A stretch of 64,000 nt of DNA. Origin: Escherichia phage slur09. The DNA lies in sequence record NC_028840.1; one strand, given 5' to 3'. A model generated the notes under the pieces. The model made no database searches. It was not told the DNA's origin and was given only the letters and a program-made list of their open reading frames with translations. Shown here piece after piece: positions 55,357 to 62,772 of this stretch (positions are counted from its first letter, which is position 1; the number at the start of each line of letters is the position of its first letter). A program made the translations under genes and the position numbers.

Positions 55357-55447
55357 GGAAGAGCAAATCGAATTGGCGACGAAAACCGCTTGGAAAGTGG
55401 CTGACTGGTAAAACGGCTTGAGAGTTCAAATCTCTCCTCTTCCGCCA
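55357..55447 (+). tRNA. tRNA-Ser (anticodon GGA), long variable arm
   Basis: Acceptor GGAAGAG/CTCTTCC, G73, anticodon arm CCGC-TTGGAAA-GTGG, long variable arm, T-arm GAGAG-TTCAAAT-CTCTC, encoded CCA. Confidence 0.65.
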
Positions 55448-55459
55448 AACAATTTATAT

Positions 55460-55554
55460 GGTAGGTCAATCCAATGGCTGGCGCTGGACTCCGACTTGAA
55501 ATCGGTTGATCGTAGTGATACGGTGTAAGGGTTCGATCCCCTTACCTACCTCCA
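55460..55554 (+). tRNA. tRNA-Ser (anticodon TGA), long variable arm
   Basis: Acceptor GGTAGGT/ACCTACC, anticodon arm CCGA-CTTGAAA-TCGG, long variable arm, T-arm AAGGG-TTCGATC-CCCTT, encoded CCA. Confidence 0.65.
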
Positions 55555-55559
55555 AGTCT

Positions 55560-55691
55560 TGAAGTATGCCGGAATCGGTAGACGGGGCTGCCTAAAAGGT
55601 TTACAGGGAACATCCACTCCTTGCAACATACCTCATAAAGCGGCTGAGATAAATGGTCTATCTCGTGAAGGTTCAAGTCCTTCTGCTTCTT
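55560..55691 (+). ncRNA. tRNA-like RNA (about 132 nt): type II-like scaffold with a roughly 48-nt insertion in the anticodon arm
   Basis: Acceptor TGAAGTA/TGCTTCT (6 of 7 pairs, U1-U72), D-arm CCG-GAATCGGTAGA-CGG, anticodon-type stem GCTGC/GCGGC enclosing 55592-55639, variable hairpin GAGATA/TATCTC, T-arm GAAGG-TTCAAGT-CCTTC; no CCA. Confidence 0.35.
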
Positions 55692-55802
55692 GATACATCT
55701 ATGGCTCAAAGTGTAACGGTGCTATTTGATGCTCTTAGTAAGACTTTCCCGACATGCGTTCGGGAGTAAGCTGCTAAGGCTAGAGTAGAAGAGTTTCTGA
55801 GA

Positions 55803-55925
55803 GCCGCCACAATTGAAAATTCGTACTCGTCTTGAGCTGCGTGCAATAGGAGATAACTTGATTAGTATTCTAGAACATGCTAATTGAGGATGGTTTCGCT
55901 AACCCTGCGAGTTTTCAATTGTGGC
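55803..55925 (+). repeat. 14-bp perfect inverted repeat (GCCACAATTGAAAA / TTTTCAATTGTGGC, extendable to about 18 bp with one mismatch) flanking a 95-bp core; 3' arm overlaps the 5' end of tRNA-His
   Basis: Arms at 55803-55816 and 55912-55925 are exact reverse complements. Confidence 0.55.
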
Positions 55926-55997
55926 TATATCATAATTGGTTAATGATCCTGATTGTGAATCAGGCCTATGTGGATTCGAATTCCACTAGCCACCCCA
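55921..55997 (+). tRNA. tRNA-His (anticodon GTG)
   Basis: Acceptor GTGGCTA/TAGCCAC, anticodon arm CCTGA-TTGTGAA-TCAGG, T-arm GTGGA-TTCGAAT-TCCAC, encoded CCA. Confidence 0.8.
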
Positions 55998-56022
55998 AAT
56001 TAACTTAAATAGGAAATAAAAT

Positions 56023-56220
56023 ATGGCTGATTTCTGCAAACAATGCTCCATTGATATGTGGGGCAGAGATACTGGTGATCTTTCTGGTTTGATTACAGAA
56101 GCTGAGGTCAAAGAAGGTTATGGTGCAGTTGTGATTTGCGAAGGGTGCGGAGTTATTCGAGTAGATCATGAAGGCAAACGTTTAGAAGAACCGGAAAACT
56201 TAGGAGAAACAAATGAGTAA
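56023..56220 (+). CDS. hypothetical zinc-ribbon mini-protein
   Basis: 65 aa; CKQCS...CEGCG. Confidence 0.45.
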   Translation: MADFCKQCSIDMWGRDTGDLSGLITEAEVKEGYGAVVICEGCGVIRVDHEGKRLEEPENLGETNE

Positions 56221-56449
56221 TGCTTTAATTAGTGAAATTATGTTAACACGTCTTGCAGAACTGCAAACTCTTCGAGATGAATCTCAGAATAACTTATCCT
56301 ACCATAAACAAATGGTAGATACTCTTACTACTCGTATTGATACTTACGAGCGTGATATTGCAGCATTACAAGCTCTCTTCTCTGTATCAGCACCAGATAC
56401 GTTAGAACAGCCTGCTGTATCCCAGCCAGTAGAAACAGCGTCTAGTTAA
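56213..56449 (+). CDS. hypothetical protein
   Basis: ORF track, 78 aa. Confidence 0.45.
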   Translation: MSNALISEIMLTRLAELQTLRDESQNNLSYHKQMVDTLTTRIDTYERDIAALQALFSVSAPDTLEQPAVSQPVETASS

Positions 56450-56458
56450 TAGCATTCT

Positions 56459-56534
56459 TGGGATGTAGATCAATTGGCAGATCGTCGGCCCCTGACTCCG
56501 AAGGTTCCTGGTTCGATCCCAGGCACTCCAGCCA
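56459..56534 (+). tRNA. tRNA-Gln (anticodon CTG), non-canonical anticodon arm
   Basis: Acceptor TGGGATG/CACTCCA (one A-C mismatch), D-arm GATC/GATC, anticodon region TCGGC-CCCTGAC-TCCGA (C at position 33), T-arm CCTGG-TTCGATC-CCAGG, encoded CCA. Confidence 0.5.
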
Positions 56535-56540
56535 AATAAT

Positions 56541-56616
56541 TGGAGAGTAGTGTAACGGTTAGCACAACGGCCTTTGACTCCGTTAATGGTAGGTTCGATT
56601 CCTCCTTCTCCAGCCA
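56541..56616 (+). tRNA. tRNA-Gln (anticodon TTG)
   Basis: Acceptor TGGAGAG/TTCTCCA, anticodon arm ACGGC-CTTTGAC-TCCGT, T-loop TTCGATT, encoded CCA. Confidence 0.65.
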
Positions 56617-56624
56617 AATAATAA

Positions 56625-56700
56625 GCGGTTAAGCACACGGGTTGTGTCGCAGGCCTTCCAAGCCTCGCTGAGTAGGGTTCGATTCCCTCTAGCCGCTCCA
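56625..56700 (+). tRNA. tRNA-Gly (anticodon TCC)
   Basis: Acceptor GCGGTTA/TAGCCGC, D-arm CACA/TGTG, anticodon arm AGGC-CTTCCAA-GCCT, T-loop TTCGATT, encoded CCA. Confidence 0.7.
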
Positions 56701-56716
56701 ACTTTAAGGAAACATT

Positions 56717-56968
56717 ATGCACGTTTTTGAGTTTCGTAATAAAAGTACCGATAAACGGGTTATTGTTATTGGAGAAACATACCGAGCATACGAACAAACT
56801 GACGGCTCTGTTATCCTGAATGATGAGAAAGGAGGTTTTAGCTTTTATCCAGAAGAACCTTATGAAGAGTTTCGAAAACAATTTAACCTAGACTGGAGAA
56901 AGCATTTAAACACTGTTGCTTCATCTGTAGTATTGCCAACTACCAGTACTGTACTCTCTAATGGCTGA
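56717..56968 (+). CDS. hypothetical protein
   Basis: ORF track, 83 aa. Confidence 0.45.
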   Translation: MHVFEFRNKSTDKRVIVIGETYRAYEQTDGSVILNDEKGGFSFYPEEPYEEFRKQFNLDWRKHLNTVASSVVLPTTSTVLSNG

Positions 56969-57125
56969 TAACCTAAAAGTCAAGATCGATAAACAAAAGA
57001 AACGTGTAGAAGTAGAGATTGGTGAAGAACGTGTAGCCTTCACCTTTGAATTTCTACAACAAATGGCAATGACAGTTATGACTGATAAGTCCCCTGTTAT
57101 TGAAAAAGAAATCCCGTTGAAATAA
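56961..57125 (+). CDS. hypothetical small protein (54 aa)
   Basis: ATG overlapping the previous stop region; below ORF-track cutoff. Confidence 0.35.
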   Translation: MADNLKVKIDKQKKRVEVEIGEERVAFTFEFLQQMAMTVMTDKSPVIEKEIPLK

Positions 57126-57133
57126 CGGGTTCT

Positions 57134-57220
57134 GCTGGGTTGGCAGAATGGTTGAATGCACCTGATTTGTAATCAGGAGGAGTAATCCCGTTGCAGGTTC
57201 GAATCCTGTGCCCAGCACCA
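57134..57220 (+). tRNA. tRNA with Thr anticodon TGT on a long-variable-arm (type II, Leu-like) scaffold
   Basis: Acceptor GCTGGGT/GCCCAGC (G1-C72, C2-G71), A73, D-arm GCA-GAATGGTTGAA-TGC, anticodon arm CCTGA-TTTGTAA-TCAGG, 15-nt variable arm, T-arm GCAGG-TTCGAAT-CCTGT, encoded CCA. Confidence 0.6.
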
Positions 57221-57234
57221 ATTTAAGGACTATT

Positions 57235-57402
57235 ATGTTTAAATTATTAGTAGTTATCTGGTATAGTCAATCAAATAGAGCGAATACCTCCCACGTTATA
57301 GACTTTAATACTAAAAATGAAGCTGAAAAAGCATATGCTAATTTAATAGAACGTAATAAAGAATCTCGTAGTATAGTTTATGAAGTGACTAAACTTTATT
57401 AA
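57235..57402 (+). CDS. hypothetical small membrane-like protein
   Basis: ATG after AAGGA RBS; ORF-track version 57208..57402 overlaps the preceding tRNA. Confidence 0.45.
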   Translation: MFKLLVVIWYSQSNRANTSHVIDFNTKNEAEKAYANLIERNKESRSIVYEVTKLY

Positions 57403-57410
57403 AAATTCAT

Positions 57411-57439
57411 TTGCTTTCTCTCTTATTTATTGTTATAAT
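57411..57439 (+). promoter_or_regulatory. T5-type promoter
   Basis: TTGCTT-N17-TATAAT. Confidence 0.6.
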
Positions 57440-57469
57440 ATTTATATAAATTAATGAGAGGGAAGCCAA

Positions 57470-57763
57470 ATGAAACGTTATCTTTCTGTTGTGTTCCAAA
57501 CTGGTGGTCAACACTATACCTATGAATTTCCTGGCTCTTGGAAGATCAAAGAAGGTGATCAAGTAGTAGTGTTAACACCGCGTGAGGGTTTCAAGGTAGT
57601 AACGGTTAAGCAAGTATTTCCAAAAGATCATGAACCAGCTAAAGGCATTCGCTATAAGATGATTCATGGTGTAGTTCGTCAAGTACCACGAGCGGAAGTC
57701 GAAATCAAAGTAGATAAAGATGGTAAACTTAAATATACCTCTTGCTTAGACGAGTTGCTATAA
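57470..57763 (+). CDS. hypothetical protein
   Basis: ORF track, 97 aa. Confidence 0.5.
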   Translation: MKRYLSVVFQTGGQHYTYEFPGSWKIKEGDQVVVLTPREGFKVVTVKQVFPKDHEPAKGIRYKMIHGVVRQVPRAEVEIKVDKDGKLKYTSCLDELL

Positions 57764-57969
57764 TGAGGATTACTTTCACAGAAAAGATCATGAGTAATGG
57801 TGTTATGATCATTACCGCATGGGATGGTAATCAGTGGTGTAGTGTTTCAGGTATTAAGCCTGAAGAACAAACACTAGAAAATATCTCAAAGATTAAGCGA
57901 AGAATGGCAGAACGTGCACGACTTCCAGGTGCACCTAGAAATGGCAAACGTTCTGCTGTAAAATGTTAA
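57763..57969 (+). CDS. hypothetical protein
   Basis: ATG overlapping the upstream stop (TAATG); ORF track starts at 57742. Confidence 0.45.
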   Translation: MRITFTEKIMSNGVMIITAWDGNQWCSVSGIKPEEQTLENISKIKRRMAERARLPGAPRNGKRSAVKC

Positions 57970-57970
57970 T

Positions 57971-58047
57971 GCTTCGGTAGCTTAGCGATCTAAAGCACTC
58001 GGCCGATAACCGAGAGATCGGGGGTTTAAATCCCTCCCGGAGTACCA
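57971..58047 (+). tRNA. tRNA-Ile (anticodon GAT)
   Basis: Acceptor GCTTCGG/CCGGAGT (two G-U), D-arm GCTT/AAGC, anticodon arm CTCGG-CCGATAA-CCGAG (C at position 33), T-arm GGGGG-TTTAAAT-CCCTC, encoded CCA. Confidence 0.65.
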
Positions 58048-58143
58048 AATTTAGGAACTAAGACTATGCGTCCAGGAAAGTTTAAAAAAGCTAATTGGTC
58101 TAAAGAGTATAAAGAATACTTACTTAGTCTAGTAAAACATAAT

Positions 58144-58219
58144 AGTTAGTTGGCAGAGTGGTTATGCACCTCCTTCATACGGAGCGACTACAGTGGTTCA
58201 AATCCACTACTAACTACCA
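58144..58219 (+). tRNA. tRNA with CAT anticodon (Met/initiator/Ile2 candidate)
   Basis: Acceptor AGTTAGT/ACTAACT, anticodon arm CTCC-TTCATAC-GGAG, T-arm AGTGG-TTCAAAT-CCACT, encoded CCA. Confidence 0.65.
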
Positions 58220-58256
58220 TTAAAAGAGCTAGAGATAGCCAAATTTAGGAGCAGCT

Positions 58257-58451
58257 ATGTTAACAATTAAAATAATGTCAGCCAAGAATGGGGAGCAGAT
58301 TCATACAGGCAAAAGTGTAAGCTTTAATCCTAGAAATAAAAGATTGGCTATAGTTGGAGTAGACCAAGCCATCTTTTTAAAAGAAGATGAAGTAGCATAT
58401 GTCATGAACCAAACTGGTAAGACAGTTTCCGTATACTATGGAAAAGTATAA
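58257..58451 (+). CDS. hypothetical protein
   Basis: ORF track, 64 aa. Confidence 0.45.
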   Translation: MLTIKIMSAKNGEQIHTGKSVSFNPRNKRLAIVGVDQAIFLKEDEVAYVMNQTGKTVSVYYGKV

Positions 58452-58637
58452 AGAATAAAAAGATCAGGCCTTTGTGCCAGATCTCTATGTTTATTAAGCT
58501 GAATGGGACTATCAATCCACGAGCCGGACTACGAGCGATTATCGGGTATTCACTTAATAAATAGCCTGCCTCCCAGTTTTTATCTTGCTTCTGGGTTAAC
58601 AAAAAGCTGAGCCAAATTCTAACATCGGGGAGATCTA

Positions 58638-59006
58638 ATGAAAGCGTATCAAAATATTAAATCTGGCGTAATTAACCTTGTTCATGAAAATCAGATTATT
58701 CAGCTATACTCCGACAACGGTGAACTTAAACAGAAAGTTCTAGTTGAAGATCTAGAAGGTATCACACCACAATTCGATCCCGAAGCCTTCCGTGAAGTCA
58801 AAGTGGAAGTCGCCCCTCAAATTGAAGGTGGTCAACACCTAAATGTCAATGTGTTAAGTCGTGATCAGCTTTTGGATGCACAGAAACATCCTGAAAAATA
58901 CCCTCAATTAACTATCCGTGTTTCAGGATACGCTGTACGTTTTAATGCACTGACGCGTGAACAACAGAACGACGTTATTAGTCGTACATTTACTCAGGCG
59001 ATGTAA
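58638..59006 (+). CDS. hypothetical protein
   Basis: ORF track, 122 aa. Confidence 0.5.
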   Translation: MKAYQNIKSGVINLVHENQIIQLYSDNGELKQKVLVEDLEGITPQFDPEAFREVKVEVAPQIEGGQHLNVNVLSRDQLLDAQKHPEKYPQLTIRVSGYAVRFNALTREQQNDVISRTFTQAM

Positions 59007-59087
59007 TGGGGTTTGGGTACGATTTCTCCGAACTACGTGAGGTAGTCGAGCAAACTCCATTTATCTCCCAAGTTTTAGGAGAAATGT

Positions 59088-59402
59088 GTGGATCGAGCAT
59101 TAAGACGCCATCACCGGCAACGTGTGAAGAACAACCGCAGGAAGTATTGGACAGTCTTCCCACATGAAGAAAGCCCTAAGCGGTTAGGTATTATCACTAC
59201 TACTCCTTGCATCTGTTCTTGTTGGATGTGTGGGAACCCTCGCAAGTACTATAAGAATAGTAAAGCAGGCATGAAAATTTCGGAGATTAGAAAAATGGAA
59301 GCAATGATTATGGGCATCTCAAATGATGAATTTGATGGCTTTGTAGGATTCGGAGAAGGAATCAGTTCAGGCTGTTTCGAAGATGAACGCCCCGATCTGT
59401 GA
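59088..59402 (+). CDS. hypothetical Cys-rich basic protein
   Basis: 104 aa; basic N-terminus and CICSCWMCGNP cluster. Confidence 0.45.
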   Translation: MDRALRRHHRQRVKNNRRKYWTVFPHEESPKRLGIITTTPCICSCWMCGNPRKYYKNSKAGMKISEIRKMEAMIMGISNDEFDGFVGFGEGISSGCFEDERPDL

Positions 59403-59411
59403 TTAATAACA

Positions 59412-59447
59412 AACCCCAGCTATTGAATAAGTAGTCTGGGGTTTTTC
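59412..59447 (+). terminator. Rho-independent terminator (ACCCCAG ... CTGGGGT plus T-run)
   Basis: GC stem followed by TTTTTCT. Confidence 0.65.
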
Positions 59448-59523
59448 TGTATATAGGTAAATAGTTTATGTATAATAAAATTCATCCACATTAGGTTAAT
59501 TTAAAAGACTTAATGGAGGTAAT

Positions 59524-59871
59524 ATGAGCCGTACTTATCGTAAACAATCTGGTGATCAGTGGTGGAAGTCTAAAGAACAATTCTCTCAAGAATATTCTTT
59601 CCTTAAAGAAAATGGCTACTGGATTCGTGTTATTTATGCTAAATCCTGGGATGATGTAGAACAGGAAATGAAGGAAGCAACCATTCGTAATGAGAAAAAG
59701 GATGGTTATAACTGGAATTCTATTAGTAAGAATGTTAAGTGGCATTCTAATAAAATGGTTCGTCAAGGGAATCGTCAAGAACTCCACCGCGTGATGAAAG
59801 ATCCAGAAAATTACGACTATAATCGCGATCATGACATGCGTAAGCGTGGATTATGGTGGTGCTATGACTAA
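59524..59871 (+). CDS. hypothetical protein
   Basis: ORF track, 115 aa. Confidence 0.5.
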   Translation: MSRTYRKQSGDQWWKSKEQFSQEYSFLKENGYWIRVIYAKSWDDVEQEMKEATIRNEKKDGYNWNSISKNVKWHSNKMVRQGNRQELHRVMKDPENYDYNRDHDMRKRGLWWCYD

Positions 59872-59888
59872 ATTCTGAAATAATTCAT

Positions 59889-59917
59889 TTGCTAAACCTC
59901 TCTTTTCTTGATATAAT
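59889..59917 (+). promoter_or_regulatory. T5-type promoter
   Basis: TTGCTA-N17-TATAAT. Confidence 0.6.
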
Positions 59918-59947
59918 ATATTTATAAATTGATGAGAGAGGTTTGAA

Positions 59948-60229
59948 ATGAAAAATCGCCTAGACTGTGCTGTTCATGTTCTTGAACATGATGTTGCGGG
60001 AACCTGTATGTCTTACCACGAAGCAGGTCGTTTAATTAAAGAACGTGTGGCAGATGTGTGCGGATTGAAGATTACTGCTGAGGAAGCTGATGATCTTTTA
60101 GGTCAAGCACTGGAGAAAACCGAAATGTTCCTCTGCGATTCTTGTTCTTGGTGGTGTGAAGCTCACGAACGTTCTTTCAACGATTATGATGTATGTCGTG
60201 ATTGTAGTGGGGAGGATGAAGATGAATAA
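59948..60229 (+). CDS. hypothetical Cys-rich acidic protein
   Basis: 93 aa; CDSCSWWC...CRDCSG. Confidence 0.45.
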   Translation: MKNRLDCAVHVLEHDVAGTCMSYHEAGRLIKERVADVCGLKITAEEADDLLGQALEKTEMFLCDSCSWWCEAHERSFNDYDVCRDCSGEDEDE

Positions 60230-60521
60230 GTTTATTATTGCACTGATGATCTCCACAGTTAGTTTCGGTTCTCTGGCATCTACCAAAGTTTCTATGAAAA
60301 ATGGTAATGTTAAAGTTCAACAGAATGGCATTATTACCGAGTATGGTAAAGTTCGTGATGTTAAGGAACGTAATGGTAAAGTAGAAATATATACTAATAA
60401 AAACTTCTCTACTCCAGCCGTTACTATTAGTAAACATGGTGAAATAACTACTCAACGTACTAATAGCTCTAGTTCTTTTACTTGTCGTTATGATTGCGAC
60501 TTTGAAGGTGAAGATGAATAA
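60222..60521 (+). CDS. hypothetical secreted protein (signal peptide)
   Basis: ATG overlapping the upstream stop after GGGGAGGA; N-terminus MNKFIIALMISTVSFGSLAS; ORF track starts at 60156. Confidence 0.5.
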   Translation: MNKFIIALMISTVSFGSLASTKVSMKNGNVKVQQNGIITEYGKVRDVKERNGKVEIYTNKNFSTPAVTISKHGEITTQRTNSSSSFTCRYDCDFEGEDE

Positions 60522-60933
60522 TTTAGACCCTAGAATTAAATTTGCAATTACAGAAATCCAAGATCAAATTGATGAGGACTTCACTGTTTGGTCAAGGTCT
60601 GGTAATGGAGAATATTGCCAGCTTTATAGCATGAAAATGGGTATCTCAATTGAGCTTAATATCAACTCTGAAGGTAGAGTAGAAGCCCAACCCATGTTCA
60701 GTGTTCCAGGCTTCTCTGGATTTGTTTCAGGTATAAAATTGTGTCTACCAAATAACCATCTTCATCGAGTTATTTGTCAGCTAGAGACTATCAAGCATTT
60801 CTTGCCAGAAGATAACATTAATGACTACTACCACGAAGTTGTAGCAGCTCATATGATGAAAGAATGTAAACGTCGGAGAGAAGAACGTGAAAAGGCTAAA
60901 CATCAACAGCACGGTGCAGATTCCAGCAACTAA
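60514..60933 (+). CDS. hypothetical protein
   Basis: ATG overlapping the upstream stop (ATGAATAA); ORF track starts at 60490. Confidence 0.5.
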   Translation: MNNLDPRIKFAITEIQDQIDEDFTVWSRSGNGEYCQLYSMKMGISIELNINSEGRVEAQPMFSVPGFSGFVSGIKLCLPNNHLHRVICQLETIKHFLPEDNINDYYHEVVAAHMMKECKRRREEREKAKHQQHGADSSN

Positions 60934-61183
60934 GGATATTTTAACATTCCTACGTAGTGAGAATACCCAGTTTTGGCATGACTATATTCAGGAAAATAAA
61001 AATAATCCAGATGTAGTTGCTTTTGCCAAGAAACGTATTGGGGAGTATAAAGATCCAGAGATTAAAGATGGGATGATTACTATGCAGTTATGGATAGCTA
61101 TGAAAACCTTTGGACCCACTATGAGTCTAGGATTTACTCCACTGTTTACTGATATTCTAATTAATGAAAAGGATCTGAAATGA
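60887..61183 (+). CDS. hypothetical protein (overlaps upstream gene by 47 nt)
   Basis: ORF track; no alternative in-frame start downstream of the upstream stop. Confidence 0.4.
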   Translation: MKRLNINSTVQIPATKDILTFLRSENTQFWHDYIQENKNNPDVVAFAKKRIGEYKDPEIKDGMITMQLWIAMKTFGPTMSLGFTPLFTDILINEKDLK

Positions 61184-61464
61184 TTATCTCTCCCTTTGCT
61201 CTTTGGTTCGTCATCGGGTCTGTGGTTGCTATTTACAGCTTGATTGATGATCTATATATTTCTAAGAATAAAGATGTAATATTATACGTTATACATAAAA
61301 CCCGACCATTAGACCTACCACCTCTTGATGATAAAACATTACTCAGGTGTGCTAGATCTATGATATTTATTATGGATATTCTTTTAGGGCCAGCATCTGT
61401 ACTTTTCTTTTATAGAAAAACTCGTAATATGAAAAAGTTTAAAGCTGAAATGCGGAATATTTAA
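61180..61464 (+). CDS. hypothetical membrane protein
   Basis: 94 aa; hydrophobic N-terminus. Confidence 0.45.
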   Translation: MIISPFALWFVIGSVVAIYSLIDDLYISKNKDVILYVIHKTRPLDLPPLDDKTLLRCARSMIFIMDILLGPASVLFFYRKTRNMKKFKAEMRNI

Positions 61465-61574
61465 AGAACTCGCGTAGGACCGAGTTGCGTCACCTGCAAC
61501 TGTTACGGATAAGGGAGTCGTGCCCCTTAGTGCGGTAAGTGGTGAGGTGGCTGCTAGCCATAACTGGAGATGAT

Positions 61575-61919
61575 ATGACTATATTACTAATTCTTGTTAC
61601 AACTTGGTTTTTAATTGGTGCTGGATATGCGATAGCTATTATTAGACATTTGGACGAATATTCTGCTGAATGGTTTGTTAAGTATCTACGTATTGATGAT
61701 CAGGAACATGAATTTAAGGATGAAAAGCAGAAAAAGGCAGTAGAGAAAATGACAGGCAAAGAATGTTTATTCTACATGCGTATTGTAGGATTCTTTGGGT
61801 TATTAATTGCTGGCCCAATTGGTTCTACTATTGCTCCGTACAAAGAAACAGTTGCTGACATCAAATTATGGAGAAATTCAGGGGTACTACGCAAAGCTAG
61901 AGAAACTAATATCACATAA
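61575..61919 (+). CDS. hypothetical membrane protein
   Basis: ATG after GGAG (ORF track starts at 61539); two hydrophobic segments. Confidence 0.45.
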   Translation: MTILLILVTTWFLIGAGYAIAIIRHLDEYSAEWFVKYLRIDDQEHEFKDEKQKKAVEKMTGKECLFYMRIVGFFGLLIAGPIGSTIAPYKETVADIKLWRNSGVLRKARETNIT

Positions 61920-61962
61920 GATTGACACTAAGTCAACTTACTAGCAAAAGCAAATAATGACA

Positions 61963-61999
61963 AAGCCCAGCCTGCACTTTTGCGACTGGGCTATTTTTG
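61963..61999 (+). terminator. Rho-independent terminator (AGCCCAG ... CTGGGCT plus T-run)
   Basis: Stem-loop followed by ATTTTTGT. Confidence 0.6.
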
Positions 62000-62013
62000 T
62001 AATAAAATTTTAG

Positions 62014-62042
62014 TTGCATAGATGCCCGAACTTTTGTATAAT
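62014..62042 (+). promoter_or_regulatory. T5-type promoter (TTGCAT -35)
   Basis: TTGCAT-N17-TATAAT. Confidence 0.55.
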
Positions 62043-62073
62043 ATATTCATAGATTGAGGCAAGAGGATTAAAT

Positions 62074-62772
62074 ATGAGGATTATTTCTAAATTCGCAGAT
62101 GTATATGATTTGCAGAACAGTTTGTTTGATCCCGATCGTGTTTGGGAGCGTAAAACTGAAGAGCTACTGGTTAAAGTAACTGATGATGCAGAAAAGAACA
62201 TCGTGCATAGTCGCCAGGTATTTCGTGAAGATTCACTATCTTTCCGTGGCGACTTCGAATACTTTGTAAATCCATTGTTCGTTGCAGGTGAAGTTTACTG
62301 GTTACACGAGCTGTACTGCTGGCATCCAGAGTTTAGCTTCAAAACGTTCGACCTCGACACTATGTTCGATAAAATGGAAGAGATGGGATTGCATGCTCGC
62401 TCTTACTTAATGGATAAGAGTCGTGGAGATGTTCGTGAAACAATGCGTGATTTGCTCGTTGAAGCAAAACCTAAAGCAGAACGTATCTTGTCCGAACTGC
62501 GTGTACCGATTGCATATGTGAAAGGTATCAAGAAGAACGATAACGATGATGTCCGTAACTTCGTGATTCAGACTAACATTCGTTTCCATCAGTCAGGTAT
62601 TCCGTGGCAGGAAATTGAAAGTAACTTATACCGTTTACACCAAGTTCTCGAACAGTATATCTTCGGTGTACTAGGAACTGGTGAGCCTGATATGATTAAA
62701 GTATCAGATAAAGATAGGTTAGCAGCGCATGGATTTGATACAAAAACTTCTTTCAGGAATATGGCACGGTAA
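62074..62772 (+). CDS. hypothetical protein
   Basis: ORF track, 232 aa. Confidence 0.5.
   Translation: MRIISKFADVYDLQNSLFDPDRVWERKTEELLVKVTDDAEKNIVHSRQVFREDSLSFRGDFEYFVNPLFVAGEVYWLHELYCWHPEFSFKTFDLDTMFDKMEEMGLHARSYLMDKSRGDVRETMRDLLVEAKPKAERILSELRVPIAYVKGIKKNDNDDVRNFVIQTNIRFHQSGIPWQEIESNLYRLHQVLEQYIFGVLGTGEPDMIKVSDKDRLAAHGFDTKTSFRNMAR

Noticed and set aside
52282-55691. Group I intron-containing tRNAs as the explanation for the long tRNA-like elements
   Set aside because: The insertions are only 48-59 nt, far below the roughly 200 nt or more needed for a group I core, and no P7/P3-like conserved segments were recognised. A small ribozyme or other insert is not excluded.
55700-55802. Possible additional tRNA ending in GAGCCGCCA near 55806
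   Set aside because: No T-arm and only 5 of 7 acceptor pairs; more likely part of the ORF-free structured region preceding the inverted repeat.
39848-62042. Possible CRISPR array suggested by the many near-identical 30-50-bp repeats
   Set aside because: The repeats are promoter elements (TTGCTA-N17-TATAAT plus leader) separated by genes of very different lengths, not a regular repeat-spacer array, and no cas genes are present.
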